A DNA stretch of 64,000 nt from Eledone cirrhosa (GCA_964016885.1 OZ024753.1:43462001-43526000); one strand, 5' to 3'; positions 1 to 12,800 are shown, numbered from the stretch's first letter. The notes: generated by a model not told the origin, from the sequence alone. Translations and numbers: made by a program.

Positions 1-62
1 ATATATATGTGTATGTATATATGTATATATGTATCTATGTATATATATATATGTATGTATGT

Positions 63-96
<34 letters not shown>

Positions 97-100
97 GTGT

Positions 101-176
<76 letters not shown>

Positions 177-181
177 ATATG

Positions 182-220
<39 letters not shown>

Positions 221-518
221 GTATATGTATATATATGTATGTATATATATGTATATATATGTATATGTATATATATGTATATATATATATGTATATGTAT
301 ATATATGTATGTATATATATGTATATATATGTATATGTATATATATGTATATATATATATGTATGTATATATATATATATGTATGTATGTATATATATAT
401 ATGTATGTATATATATATATATGTATGTATGTATATATATATATATATGTATGTATATATATATCTATATGTATATATATTTACATATGTATGTATGAAT
501 ATTTATGTGTGTGTGTGT
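1..518. repeat. (TA)/(TG)/(TATG) compound microsatellite
   Basis: Pure dinucleotide/tetranucleotide runs; source of the spurious MYVCIY-type ORFs. Confidence 0.97.
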
Positions 519-916
519 AGAGGGGGCATGCGTGTAAGTTTTATCACTATCACAGTAGGGAACATAGTGTGATAAAAATATAAAGAAATCAAAATTAACT
601 TCAGCTGCTAAATATTTTATCAGCCTGGAATTTATCACACATACTATTTGAAATTCAAAGCTATCAAAGAATTTCTCCAGGAAAAATCCCCAAATCACTA
701 AAAATGTGATGAAAAATCTTGTTTTTCTTGAAGATTTTATGAAAAAAAATAAAAGCCGAAGTAAGTAGATAAATAGTGTTTTATCTCCCTAAAATATCTC
801 TTTGCTATTATGAAGTTAACTAATCTGAACAGCTAACTCTTTGCTGAGAAAACACGACAATAAAACGTGTGGGACTAACTCTGATACAAGCCAGGAACTG
901 TTCACATCCTCCACAG

Positions 917-1261
917 CAGTGCTACTCAAAGTGGTGGTCCATGGACCGGGACCGGTGCCGGTACACGAGCCATCAGCTACCGGTACGCAGCCAGTGTCCA
1001 GGCCATGCTAAGGAATCATTTGAGGAATGTTTTATTACTTTTTTATGTTTTGATATTGCATTACAAAATAAATAGATGTATTACAAAATAAATAGATGTA
1101 TTACAAAATAAATAGAAGATAAAAAAAATGGTCAACTATTATTATATTCATTATATATATCGTTTCCGGTATAAATTAATATTACTACGAAATATTAGCG
1201 GTACGTGGCACATTGAATAAAAAATGCCTGTCCGCCACATCAGATAGTTTGAGAAGCACTG
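917..1261. mobile_element. hAT (Charlie-like) MITE
   Basis: TIRs CAGTGCTACTCAAA (917) and TTTGAGAAGCACTG (ends 1261); degenerate 8-bp flanks CTCCACAG/ACCTACAG; internal 20-bp unit repeated 3 times near 1060-1117; no ORF. Confidence 0.75.
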
Positions 1262-1346
1262 ACCTACAGCATGAGCCACATTAGTAAGACTTTCTTGTAA
1301 AGTACAAATAGTACTATGACTCTATTACATCTTATGTCTTTACTCT

Positions 1347-1900
1347 AACAATGGTTTCTTATATAGGCACAAGGCCAGCAATTTTGGTGAGGCGAAAAAT
1401 CGATTAAATTGACCCAGTCCATTACTGGTACTTCATTTTTTCAACCCTGTAAGGATGAAAGACACAGCTAACCATGGCAGGATTTGAACTCAGAACACAA
1501 AGGCCCATGTCTGATGCTCTACTGATTCTGCCAATCCACTGCCCTAACTAATAATTGTTTCCACTTTTGGCACAAGGCCAGCAATTACTCCAGTGCATTA
1601 CTGGTACTTTATTTTAGGATAAAAGACACAGCTAACTTTGGCGGGATTTGAACTCAGAACATAAAGGGCTGTAACTCAATGCTTGTGAAGCAGAGTGTCT
1701 GATGCTCGACTGATTTTGCCAATTTACTGCCCTTTTCTCTAATAATTGTTTCTACTTTAGGCACAAGGCCAGCAATTACCCAGTGCATTACTGGTACTTT
1801 ATTTTATCGACCTCGGAGGGATTTGAACTCAGATCGTAAAGGGACATAACAATGCTGGAAAGCATGGCGTCCGACCCTCTACCGATACTCCCAATCCACT
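1347..1900 (-). mobile_element. Three tandem copies of tRNA-derived SINE family A (Meta-domain-like core)
   Basis: Copies at about 1347-1545, 1550-1735 and 1741-1900. On the minus strand each has an A box (TGGCAGNATCRG-like), B box GAGTTCAAATCC, all or part of the core CTTTCATCCTTAC...AAGTACCAGTAATG, and tail TTGCTGGCCTTGTGCC...AAACAATTATT. Confidence 0.9.
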
Positions 1901-1948
1901 CTAATTTAGGCAGAATGTGGCAAGTTTGTCAGGTGAGGGCTAAGTTGA

Positions 1949-2155
1949 TTAACCCTTTACCATTTACTATATTTACTATTGTATTTTCACAGTAAACACT
2001 TTATTTCACATAATTAACTCACATAATATCGACTCTACGAGATTTTGATATTGTTTATTTTGAGAACAATACCTTAACATCAATATGAGTGGCTGGTTTC
2101 AGCTTGTTTGAACAGAAAGAAGTGAGAAAATTCTGGCCGGATATGGCCGGTTTAA
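1949..2155. mobile_element. piggyBac-type MITE family P1 inserted into a SINE A fragment
   Basis: TTAA+CCCTTT left end; body matches copies at 4284, 23011 and 40477; SINE sequence runs GTTGA-TTAA before the insert and resumes TTAA-ATCGACTCCAGT after it; right TIR deleted. Confidence 0.75.
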
Positions 2156-2554
2156 ATCGACTCCAGTACATTACTGGTACCTTATTTTATCAACCCATTC
2201 CTTTCTAATGATAGAGAGAAGAAAAGGAAGAAAAGAAAGGGAAAAGTAAGGAGAGATTATTGGCAAGCATTTATATAAGTAAACCAATATTTGTTTTAAC
2301 AACAGAAGATCTTAACGATTTATTGTAGCTGAGCTGAAACCTGTTCCTCTAGAAAGCCTTCTTATTATCTCAAGGGTTGTTAGATATACTTGCTGAATCT
2401 AGGGGCCAGGTTATTGCTTGGAGATGCAGTTTGGTTCATAGACCAGATTTATAATTACTGTTTTTATAGCATAGAAGATTTCACGCAAGATAAAACTTTC
2501 AAATGGGCTGTACACACAACTGATTCTGGGAATAAGCATACCTTTCTCCATACC

Positions 2555-2905
2555 ACCTCACTCTCTTTCACTCTCGTTCCCTCTCTCTTGTTCCCTCCCC
2601 CTATCTCTCCCCCTCTCTCGCCTCCTCTCTCTCGCCTCCTCTCTCTCTCACCCTCTCTCGCCTCCTCTCTCTTGCTCTTTTTCTCTCGCCTCCTCTCTCT
2701 TGCTCTTTTTCTCTCTTTCACCTTATCACCCTCTCTTTCTCTCACCCTCTCAATCTTTCTCTCACCCTCTCAATCTTTCTCTCACTTTTTCTCTCACTCT
2801 CTCACCCCTCTTACTCTTTTGCTCTCTCACCCTCTCTCTTTTGCTCTCTCACCCTCTCTCTCTTTTGCTCTCTCACCCTCTCTCTCTTTTGCTCTCTCTC
2901 TCTCA
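2555..2905. repeat. (CT)-rich low-complexity tract
   Basis: Degenerate CT repeats. Confidence 0.9.
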
Positions 2906-3106
2906 TATGTATATCCACGTTTTATAAATATAATGGACACCCAGAATGTGTTCCTTTACTTTTACTAGTTCAAGTCTTTGGACTGAAGCCATGCTGGAAC
3001 CTCTTTCCAGTTCTTTCTAAAGTTACTTATTTCACTGAAACACTAAATCCTTCCCATCTTGGTATAAAAGGACATAACACAAAAGTAATAAATACCATAA
3101 GGTGTT

Positions 3107-3775
3107 TTGTTTGGTGTACCGATTAGTGGTGGTGGTGGTGGTGGTGGTGGTGGTGGTGGTTGTGGTGGTGGTGGTGGGTTCTTTCCCAATATATGTTTGG
3201 TGTACCGATTAGTGGTGGTGGTGGTGGTGGTGGTGGTAGTGGTTGTGGTGGTGGTGGTGGGTTCTTTCCCAATATATGTTTGGTGTACCGATCTGTGGTG
3301 GTGGTGGTAGTGGTAGTGGTGATGGTGGTGGTAGTGGTGGTGGGGATTCTTTCCCAATATATGTTTGGTGTGGTGATGGTGGTGGTGGTAGTGGTAGTCG
3401 TGGTGGGTTCTTCCCAATATATGTTTGGTGTGGTGATGGTGGTGGTGGTAGTGGTAGTCGTGGTGGGTTCTTCCCAATATATGTTTGATGTGGTGATGGT
3501 GGTGGTGGTAGTGGTAGTGGGTTCTTCCCAATATATGTTTGGTGTACAGATCTGTGGTGGCAGTGATGATGGTGGTGATGGTAGTGGTAGTGGTAGTGAT
3601 GGTGGTGGGGATTCTTTCCCAATATATGTTTGGTGTACCGATCTGTGGTGGTAGTGATGATGATGGTGGTGGTGGTAGTGGTGGTAGTAGTGGTGGGTTC
3701 ATCCCAATATATGTTTGGTGTACCGATCTGTGGCAGCGGTGGTGGTGGTGGTGTGGATTCTTTCCCAATATATGC
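3107..3775. repeat. Composite minisatellite: constant unit GGGTTCTTTCCCAATATATGTTTGGTGT(ACCGAT) separated by variable (GGT/AGT)n
   Basis: About 10 near-identical constant units with trinucleotide-repeat spacers. Confidence 0.9.
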
Positions 3776-3934
3776 TCTGCACACAGACATTTTACATACA
3801 TTATAAAGCCCCCGGCTGTAGATAGAATTGCACCCAAAATGGTAAAAATTGAGCAAATCCTTTATAAATTTGGTAATGAAAGAGTTAAACATTGGTAATG
3901 TCTTTCATTAGGAATATGGTAATGAAAAGGTTAG

Positions 3935-4275
3935 AGCTATAGGTAGAGTATTTCACATGTAAACCTGGTTGTGGCATGTAGAAATAAGATCCTCATGTAG
4001 GTACTAGATATTTATAAGGTACCCAAACACTAAAAATATTGTACCATCTGTCATGGTAGAAAAAATATCTACATGTGACCAGTTGTATCATGTAGCAGTA
4101 CAATCCCCCATGTAGCTAGTTGATATTTATAAGGTACCCAAACACTAAAATATTGTACCAGCTGTCATGGTAGTCCTCATGTGTGACCAGTTGGCTTGTA
4201 GCAGTAAAATTCCCATGTAGGTTGTTGATATTTATAAGATACCAAAATGCTAAAATATTCTACCAGCCATCACGA
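3935..4275. repeat. Diverged tandem repeat, about 115-125-bp unit, about 3 copies
   Basis: Recurring CATGTAG...GATATTTATAAGGTACCCAAACACTAAAATATTGTACCA near 3995, 4110 and 4215. Confidence 0.8.
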
Positions 4276-4283
4276 TATTGTGT

Positions 4284-4495
4284 TTAACCCTTTAGCATTT
4301 AAACTGGCCATATCCGGCCAGTTCTCTCACCTCTTTCAGTTCGAACTGGCCGTAACTGGCCACCCATACTGATATTAAGTTATTGTTCTCAAAATAAGTA
4401 ATATCAAAATCTCATAGATTCGATATTATGTGAGATATTATCTCAGATAAAGCGGTTACCATGAAAATACAATAATGTGAATGTTAAAGGGTTAA
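4284..4495. mobile_element. piggyBac-type MITE family P1, complete copy
   Basis: TTAA target site on both sides, TIR CCCTTTAGCATT...AATGTTAAAGGG, about 205 bp, non-coding. Confidence 0.85.
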
Positions 4496-4965
4496 CATAT
4501 GGGAAAGACATATGTCAAACATGCATTACATGTTTACCTGTCTCACAATTATAAGCTATACAAACACTCCAAAATGGTTAATACCAAAAGAAATATTTCT
4601 ATACCACCTTATTTATGATTTGTAGATAAAAGTTATTTTTTCCTTAAAAAAAAAACCCAACAAAAAACAGTTTGCTTACTTTACATATGCAGACACTTTT
4701 CTAAATGGTTTTATAGCATTTTTCTAGTGTTTTTCTTTCTCTATTTTAATACTGTACATCACTTGGCTTCTAAACTTTCCTTTTCATGTCTCCCAATTTT
4801 AAACCTGTTGAAAATTAGTCTAATATGTACATCCTATTTGTTTTTTCAAGAAAAAACAAAACAAAACAAACTATTTTATCTACAGTTGTAATGTTTCAAA
4901 ATATTTTTTCTCAATCATTTCGTTAAATGTTCTGTGATAAAAAAATTATAAATATATATATATGT

Positions 4966-5011
4966 GGTAGCGTGGAAGATGGACGTTAAACGATGATGGT
5001 GATAATAATGA
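4966..5011 (+). mobile_element. Ultra-short RTE-type 3' tail inside a (TA)n tract
   Basis: TAGCGTGGAAGATGGACGTTAAACGATGATG; same tail family as 13718, 15321, 27712 and 52041. Confidence 0.7.
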
Positions 5012-5102
5012 TTATATATATATATACATAAATATATATTTACATATGTAAATATATATATATGTGTGTGTATGTATATATATATATATACATATGTAGA
5101 TA

Positions 5103-5155
<53 letters not shown>

Positions 5156-5196
5156 GTATGTAAATATGTGTGTATATATATATGTATGTAAATATA

Positions 5197-5240
<44 letters not shown>

Positions 5241-5256
5241 CGTATGTAAATATATT

Positions 5257-5287
<31 letters not shown>

Positions 5288-5753
5288 GTGTACGTATGTA
5301 AATATATTTGTGTGTATATATATATATATATATATATGTACGTATCTAAATATATTTGTGTGTGTGTGTGTATATATATATAAGTTCAGTCTGTTAAATA
5401 TTGACACATGTAAAATATCTTTGAAATTTCCTGTTAGATTATTTTATTCTTCATTTCTTCCATGTTTGTCACCCAACTCAAATTAAATGTGAAATTATTT
5501 AGATGTTTTCTTATTTAACACAATTTTTTGTTCAGTTTTCGTATCTGTTTTTTCCTGTTTTTAAAAAGATTTTTTTTTAAAGATTTATTCTTTTGAAATA
5601 TATATATATTCAAACATTATGCAGATATCTTCCTACAATAATAAAGATATTTCAGATTTCAGAATCTGATTTCTAGCATTAATGGAGGTAGCAATATTTT
5701 TAAAATCACTCGTATAATTTGTCCAAATTGTTTAAAAACTTAGTGTGTGTGTC

Positions 5754-5798
<45 letters not shown>

Positions 5799-5800
5799 TT

Positions 5801-5998
5801 TAGGTAATTCCGAAGAAAAAGCAAAGGAAAAAAGAGTGCTCTATGTATAGAACAGAGCTATTTAATTAGAAATTAAACAACACAATATATAACTACTCCA
5901 TTACCAAAAGTTTCAGGATCCTATATATCTGGTTCGTTCATCAGACAGAGATGTTATGGTAATGGAGTAGTTATATATTGTTGTTTACTTTCTAAATA
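5801..5998 (-). mobile_element. Penelope-like pseudo-LTR/retrozyme remnant with inverted repeat and degenerate hammerhead
   Basis: Lies between microsatellites; inverted arms TTAGAAA..AAACAAC..CAATATATAACTACTCCATTACCA / TGGTAATGGAGTAGTTATATATTG..TTTCTAA; GAGTGCT motif at 5834. Confidence 0.55.
5896..5950 (-). ncRNA. Degenerate type I hammerhead ribozyme
   Basis: Minus strand: CTCTGT CTGATGA ACGAACC(AGATATATA)GGATCCT GAAA CTTTTGG TA ATGGAG; core intact, stem I has two G-U pairs, stem II has two mismatches. Confidence 0.55.
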
Positions 5999-6009
5999 TA
6001 TATATATAT

Positions 6010-6505
6010 GCAGAGGTTGTATTTAATTTAACATTTTTTTAAACTGATATAAAGCACCCAACAGATTAGTGGAGTAAATATACAATATCTTAATAAATGG
6101 AAACTATATTTATAAAACCATATTTATTTTATTATACATATTTCAAGGGCAACCAAGGCAAATTATGGTGCCCTTTCATCAGATAAAATACAGATTTGTT
6201 TTATAAATAAATATTGACATACCCGGAAAAAAAGATAACCTTAATGGTTGGAAACTATCCAAGAAGCTCCAACCGTTAAGGTTGTCTTTTATTTCCGGGT
6301 ATGTCAAAATTTATTTATAAAACAAATCTGTATTTTATCTGATGAAAGCGAACTTGCTGAATACACAAGACAAATCCGCTTGGCGGTGCGATTGGGATTT
6401 TACATATCTCTACACCAACTCTGCATCTCACCATGCATTGAGTACTCTACGATTAGTGGTTTCCCTGATCTCATCTCAGCACTGCAATTATTGGACATAG
6501 ACATA
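6010..6505. mobile_element. Penelope-like pseudo-LTR element with partial inverted duplication
   Basis: Inverted repeat 6173-6349 (arms about 80 bp, short loop); hammerhead on the minus strand; right arm carries a second TATTTTAT-CTGATGA; tail 6400-6487 resembles the reverse complement of 32993-33060. Confidence 0.6.
6125..6190 (-). ncRNA. Minimal type I hammerhead ribozyme
   Basis: Minus strand: TATTTTAT CTGATGA AAGGGCA-CCA(TAATTTGCCT)TGG-T-TGCCCTT GAAA TATGTA TA ATAAAATA; 8-bp stem I, 7+3-bp stem II, AUA cleavage triplet. Confidence 0.85.
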
Positions 6506-6541
<36 letters not shown>

Positions 6542-7109
6542 AATGCATACGTACATATACATACACACAGACATACATGGAAGCTGTTCCAACTGGAATG
6601 CTCGTTGTCATTGGAACCAAGAAAATGGTTTAACCAATGCAATCAAGAACTGTTATTTTTGTGGAAAACAATGCAGGAATCTGCCATCTGACACCGCACA
6701 CAGATCTCGGATATATCTCCGAACACTGCAGGGTTGTGTTGATAATAAACATGATAGCTGTGAAGTCTTATAATATCCTCACTTTTGTTAAAATTCTCCT
6801 ATCAAGGAGTGGTATTTTCCTCTGTTCACTTGTATTGCTGCTCCATTATAATGGAATGTAAATAGATGCAGCAGCAGCTAGCTACCATACAAATAGAACC
6901 TGTTGACGATGAATAAAAGAAACATCTTTTTTTTTATTTGGTAAGGATGGATTGTATTTGTTTTGTTTTATTTCCAACCATTACTCTGCCAACTTGATCT
7001 TTCCTTTAACTTTAAATACAGACAAATTCACAAACATCTCGAATTAACGAAATTGGACAATATTTGTAACATTCACATTGCAGTTATATTTATTTCCAGT
7101 ATTATTTCA

Positions 7110-7205
7110 TTTTTTGTTGTTGTTGTTGTTGTCGTTGTCGTCGTCGTCGTCGTTATTATTATCATTATTATTATCATTATTATTATTATTATTGTTGTTG
7201 TTGTT
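7110..7205. repeat. (GTT)/(GTC)/(ATT) trinucleotide microsatellite
   Basis: Direct reading. Confidence 0.9.
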
Positions 7206-7907
7206 TTTCCTTCTCAGGATTTTTGTGTTTTGTTTTCCTCAAGGAGAAAGTTGTTCTCCCTTCCTTGATTTTTCTTTTTAATAATTTCTTTGGTGTGTTG
7301 TGTGTGTTGTTGTTGTGGTTGTTTTATTTTATGTATTTTTTAATTATTTTTTTATTCCTTTGGTGTTGTATTTTGTTTTGTCTTTTTTTTTAATTTTTGT
7401 GGTTTCTAAACATTATTCTATCTATTTATTTATTTCATCATTTGTTTGTCTTTATGTTTAAAATGAAATGGTATTTGTATTTCATTCAATAAAAAAAAAA
7501 TAGAACCCCCCCCCCCCCTCCCCCCCAAAAAAAACAACAACAACAACAACAATTTCACACAGAAAGACATACCAATAAACTTTTTAAAAAAATATTAACA
7601 AACACACTAAAAACACTAAAACAAAAAAATAAAACATAACGAAAAGTAGAAGTTTACAACAATACTTTTTTTCTTCCCTTTTTCTCCTCTCTTTTCTTGT
7701 TTTGTTTTGTTTTTAAATAATAATGAAAAGAGTATAGCATAGTTTGAATAAAAACCTCATTTTGCTGTCAGCGTTGATAATAAACATTGGATCCACATGA
7801 TGTTGGCTGAAATAAGAGGAAAAACACCATAAATCTAACGCTGCTCTAGCTAACCAACCACTGAAACTAACATCAAATAGTCATCATCTCATATCACTTT
7901 TTTACCC

Positions 7908-8125
7908 TTTACTATTACTATTACTACTACTATTATTACTACTACTATTATTACTACTAATATTACTATTATTACTACTGCTATTATTACTATTATTATT
8001 ATTATTATTATCATCATCATTGTTATTATAGTTATTATTATTATATTACTATTATTTCTATTATTATTATCATTATTATTATTATAAATATTACTATTAT
8101 TTCTACTATTATTATTATTATTAAT
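7908..8125. repeat. (TAT/TAC)n microsatellite
   Basis: Direct reading. Confidence 0.9.
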
Positions 8126-8726
8126 GGATACTGGTAATAGAAATACCTTTTTTTTTTTTTTTTTTTTCATAATGACAACAAAAGTTTTAGTAAGGACAAC
8201 AAAAACATTTATTGTAAAATCTGGTGGGAAAAAAAAAAAGAAAATAAGTGGAAATAAACTTTAATTTACTATTTTAAAAATTGCAGTATATAAAATAGGA
8301 TTTTTTTTTCATTAGATTCAATTAATGACTACAAGCAAATGTGTATTAACTCGGTCCTGTATCGCATGAAACCACATTTTGAAGACATTCTTGAAAATTA
8401 CAAAACAGGACTTTGACAGCATCAATAAAAATTTAGTCTCGTTTTTTTTTTTGTTTTTCTTCTCTCCAATACAGCAAATTTTAGTAATGATGTGAATACT
8501 AGTAAAATTAATGTAAATATTTGAATTGACAAACTACATGAAAACACATTAGTAAAACTGTCTCGAAAAACACATCAGTAGCACTATGACTGATTCCCAT
8601 TAAAAATGAAAGTCTCTAAGTTTTAATACTGTAAATTTATACAATGACCTGTTCACACCTCTGCAGGTTTAGCTGGCCTCCTGCAAAGTATATCTCACTG
8701 GAGGTGTCTTGGGTGATTTAATGATA

Positions 8727-8888
8727 GGGACCCCAGTCCTATCATCTCATTTCTACAGCCGAGTAAACTGGAGCAACGTGAAATAAAGTGTCTTGCTCAA
8801 GAAAACAACTAATCACCCGGTCCAAAAATTGAACTCACAACCTTTCGATTGCAAGCCCAAGGCTCTAACCACTAAACCACACACCTTC
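8727..8888 (-). mobile_element. tRNA-derived CORE-type SINE family B
   Basis: Minus strand: A box TGGTTTAGTGG, B-box-like GAGTTCAATT, CORE-like TTGAGCAAGACACTTTATTTCACGTTGCTCCAGTTTACTCGGCTGTAGAAATGAG. Confidence 0.8.
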
Positions 8889-8909
8889 ACTAGTGGGGAG
8901 TGATATATT

Positions 8910-9125
8910 AGAACCCTTTACCATTTACATTACTCTCTATATACTATTATATTTTCATGGCAAAGGCTTTATCTCATATAATATCCATTCTATGAGAATT
9001 TGATATTATTTATTTTGAGAACAATACCTTAACATCCGTATGAACAGCTGGTTACATCCAGTTTGTACAGAAAGAGGTGAGAGAGTTTTGGCTGGATATG
9101 CCTAGTTTAAATAATAAAGTGTTAA
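8910..9125. mobile_element. piggyBac-type MITE family P1
   Basis: AACCCTTTACCATTTAC...TAAAGTGTTAA; body homologous to 23011-23228. Confidence 0.75.
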
Positions 9126-9309
9126 ACATTGACTAAACTAGTGTCAAATAAATATATATATATATATTAGGTCTGAATATAAAGGAACTAAATTCCCATT
9201 GTCACTAGTTTAGTTCCATCTCTCCCCACCATTATAAGCAAGTGGGGGTCATCCAATCCCATGGAGACATCGAAATATGGGCATAACATATTGATGATGA
9301 TTGTAATAA

Positions 9310-9461
9310 TAATAATTGTTTCTACTTTAGGCACAAGGCCAGCAATTACCCAGTGCATTACTGGTACTTTATTTTATTGACCCCGTAAGGATGAAAGGCA
9401 AAGTCAACCTCAGCGGGATTTGAACTCAGATCGTAAAGGGACGTAACTATGCTGGAAAGCA
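9310..9461 (-). mobile_element. SINE family A, 5'-truncated
   Basis: B box, core and tail as in the other copies. Confidence 0.9.
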
Positions 9462-9580
9462 TAATAATAATGAAAATTATCCTGTACAGTGCTCAGGTGC
9501 ACTACAACTCATCAAAGGTGCATGTATAGTACATAGAATAATGTACAAATGTCGGCAAAGTGAACAGTGTATGAGTCATG
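9462..9580 (-). mobile_element. Unclassified retroelement 3' end with (ATT)n tail; second copy at about 16492-16585
   Basis: Near-identical TACAGTGCTCAGGTGCACTACAACTCATCAAAGGTGCATGTATAGTACA in both places, each abutting (AAT)n. Confidence 0.6.
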
Positions 9581-9669
9581 ATATACACACAGATACATGT
9601 GTGTGTGTATGGAGGGGGAATATTAGGTGTAGTGTTGGTAAATTTTGGGCAGCATTGTGGGATATTGAC

Positions 9670-9915
9670 TGTGGTGGCCGTGGTTGTGGTGGGAGTAGTG
9701 AAAGTGATGGTGGTTGTAATGACAGTAGTAGTAGTGGTGAAGGTGGTGGTGGTGGTTGTAGTGATAGTAATGGTGGTTGTAGTGGTGGTAGTAGTGGTTG
9801 AAATGATAGTAGTTGTGGCGGTGGTAGTAGTGATAGTAATGGTGGTGGTGGTAGTAGTTGTAATGGTAGTAGTGGTGGTAATGGTGGTGGTGGTAGTGGT
9901 TGTAGTGGTAGTTGT
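9670..9915. repeat. (GGT/AGT)n microsatellite
   Basis: Direct reading. Confidence 0.9.
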
Positions 9916-10064
9916 GAACAATTGGTAAGAAGAATGTGGTATGGTTGTTCATTTAGGTCAGGGTTTTCAGAATTAGAGAGAACATTCACTGAAATGCAAA
10001 GATACGTTTGTCTAAAAGCATACTAATCACATCTGAGCTTTCTTCTATAATGTCTCCCTACTTT

Positions 10065-11270
10065 CACACATAGACACACACATACACACACTCACATAGA
10101 CACACACTCACTCGCATACACACACACACACAGGCTGACACTCATCCACATAGACACACATACACACTCACATAGACACACACACACACATTAACAGACA
10201 CACACACTCACATAGACAGACACACACACATATACAAGCATCCACACAAATGCACATACACACACACACACACTGGGGCATAAGTGTTTGCCTACATACA
10301 ATCATGCACATAAACATACACACACCCTCACTTCCGCCTGCCCACACACACTCACACACACACCCTCACTTCCGCCTGCCCACACACACTCACACACATA
10401 CCCTCACCTGTACACACCTCCAAACCTCCTCACCCCCTCTCCTCCACACTGAGAAGCAGAGCGACATAAGAAGTGTGTTGGCCTACATGCACATAAACAC
10501 ATACACCCACTCACTTCACACACACACACCTCCAAACCGCCCTCACCTTCACACACACTCCTCAACCCCTCACCTCCACCCTCACCTCCAAACTCTCCTC
10601 AAACCCTCACCTCCAAACCCCCTCAACCCCTCAACCCCTCACCTCCAAATCCCCTCACCTCCACACACTCCTCACCTCCTCACCTCCACCCTCACCTCTA
10701 CACACTCCTCAACCCCACACCTCCACCCTCACCCCCACACACTCCCCAACCCCTCACCCCACACACTCCTCAAACCCACACCTCCACCCTCACCTCTACA
10801 CACTCCTCAACCCCTCACCTCCACACACTCCTCAACCCCACACCTCCACCCTCACCCCCACACACTCCTCAACCCCACACCTCCACCCTCACCCCACATA
10901 CTCCTCAACCCCTCACCTCCACCCTCACCTCCACCCTCACCCCCACACACTCCTCACCTCCACCCTCACCCCCACACCTCCACCCTCACCTCTACACACT
11001 CCTCAACCCCTCACCTCCACACACTCCTCAACCCCACACCTCCACCCTCACCCCCACACACTCCTCAACCCCACACCTCCACCCTCACCCCCACACACTC
11101 CTCAACCCCACACCTCCACCCTCACCCCCACACACTCCTCAACCCCACACCTCCACCCTCACCCCCACACACTCCTCAACCCCACACCTCCACCCTCACC
11201 CCCACACACTCCTCAACCCCACACCTCCACACTGAGAGGCAGAGGAGCATAAGAAGTCTGTTGGCCTGCG
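10065..11270. repeat. CA-rich tract and C-rich minisatellite (CACACTCCTCAACCCCACACCTCCACCCTCACCCC-like units)
   Basis: Tandem units 10530-11230, bracketed by a 46-bp direct repeat at 10441 and 11224. Confidence 0.9.
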
Positions 11271-11492
11271 AAATTAAAATTTCACTTCTATTGATATCCT
11301 TTAATTACCTGAGCTCACAATAACTTGCCATTAACTAAAACAAGAAGACTTTACAATTACCTGACATACACTCTACAACAAAGAATCTTATTGCCTTCTA
11401 AACCATAATTATAGTGTTAGATGCATTTTTCCAATGCAATCACCTATGTAGATGTGAAGTTCAATAAAAGCTTGCATCATCAAATTGTACAG

Positions 11493-11493
11493 T

Positions 11494-11524
<31 letters not shown>

Positions 11525-12092
11525 TCTCTCTCTCTATATATATTCTCTCTCTCTCTCTATATATATATATATTCTCTCTCTCTATATATATATATTCTCT
11601 CTCTCTAGATATTCTCTCTCTCTATATATATATATTCTCTCTCTATATATATATTCTCTCTCTCTCTATATATATATTCTCTCTCTCTAGATATTCTCTC
11701 TCTCTCTATATATATATATTCTCTCTCTCTAGATATTCTCTCTCTCTCTCTATATATATATTCTCTCTCTCTCTCTCTATATATATATATTCTCTCTCTC
11801 TCTATATATATTCTCTCTCTCTCTATATATATTCTCTCTCTCTATATATATATTCTCTCTCTCTATATATATATTCTCTCTCTCTCTATATATATATTCT
11901 CTCTCTCTCTATATATATTCTCTCTCTCTCTATATATATTCTCTCTCTCTCTATATATATTCTCTCTCTCTATATATATATTCTCTCTCTCTATATATAT
12001 ATATTCTCTCTCTCTATATATATATTCTCTCTCTCTCTATATATATATATTCTCTCTCTCTATATATATATTCTCTCTCTCTCTATATATAT

Positions 12093-12125
<33 letters not shown>

Positions 12126-12150
12126 TCTCTCTCTCTCTCTCTATATATAG
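11493..12150. repeat. Higher-order (CT)n(AT)n compound satellite
   Basis: About 25-30 alternating CT/AT blocks. Confidence 0.95.
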
Positions 12151-12404
12151 ATATTCTAATGACATGACATATTGAAGCTGTACATTGAAACAAGGTTTAC
12201 TTTACTAAACCTTATAATAAGATAAACATGGTTTTATCTGATAAATGTCATAAGTTTAAGTAAGGATGTAACTTATTTATGAATAAGAGAGAACACAGGT
12301 ATATGTAAAATAAAAATATTATTGAAAAGTACTCAGTAGTTTAACCATGATAAATATCAGTGTGTCATGTGTAATATATACACACACACACATACGTTCT
12401 TCCA

Positions 12405-12514
<110 letters not shown>

Positions 12515-12800
12515 TATTATTATGTAATAAACAACATAAGGCAATTATTCCATTTACCAGTGGTTTCTTAAAAGCAAAAGGTTTTGCTTTCAATCCTCAG
12601 AATGAAAAATCCTGGTTTGTTTATTGAATATGGATTCTATTATTCACACACATATATATATATATATATATATAATGTAGGAGGTGAGTTTTATTGTAGT
12701 ACAATAAAGCAATGCAGATATCGGATAAGAAGCACTCTACAGTTTGTGGGACTGGAGTATGCATAATATAAGATCAAAAGATGGTTAAAGGAGTTCCATA

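Noticed and set aside
3107-3775. CRISPR array
   Set aside because: Spacers are (GGT)n, there are no cas genes, and the context is eukaryotic
10250-11323. 357-aa Pro/His/Thr-rich extensin-like ORF
   Set aside because: C-rich minisatellite with frame-shifting unit lengths; no splice or signal features
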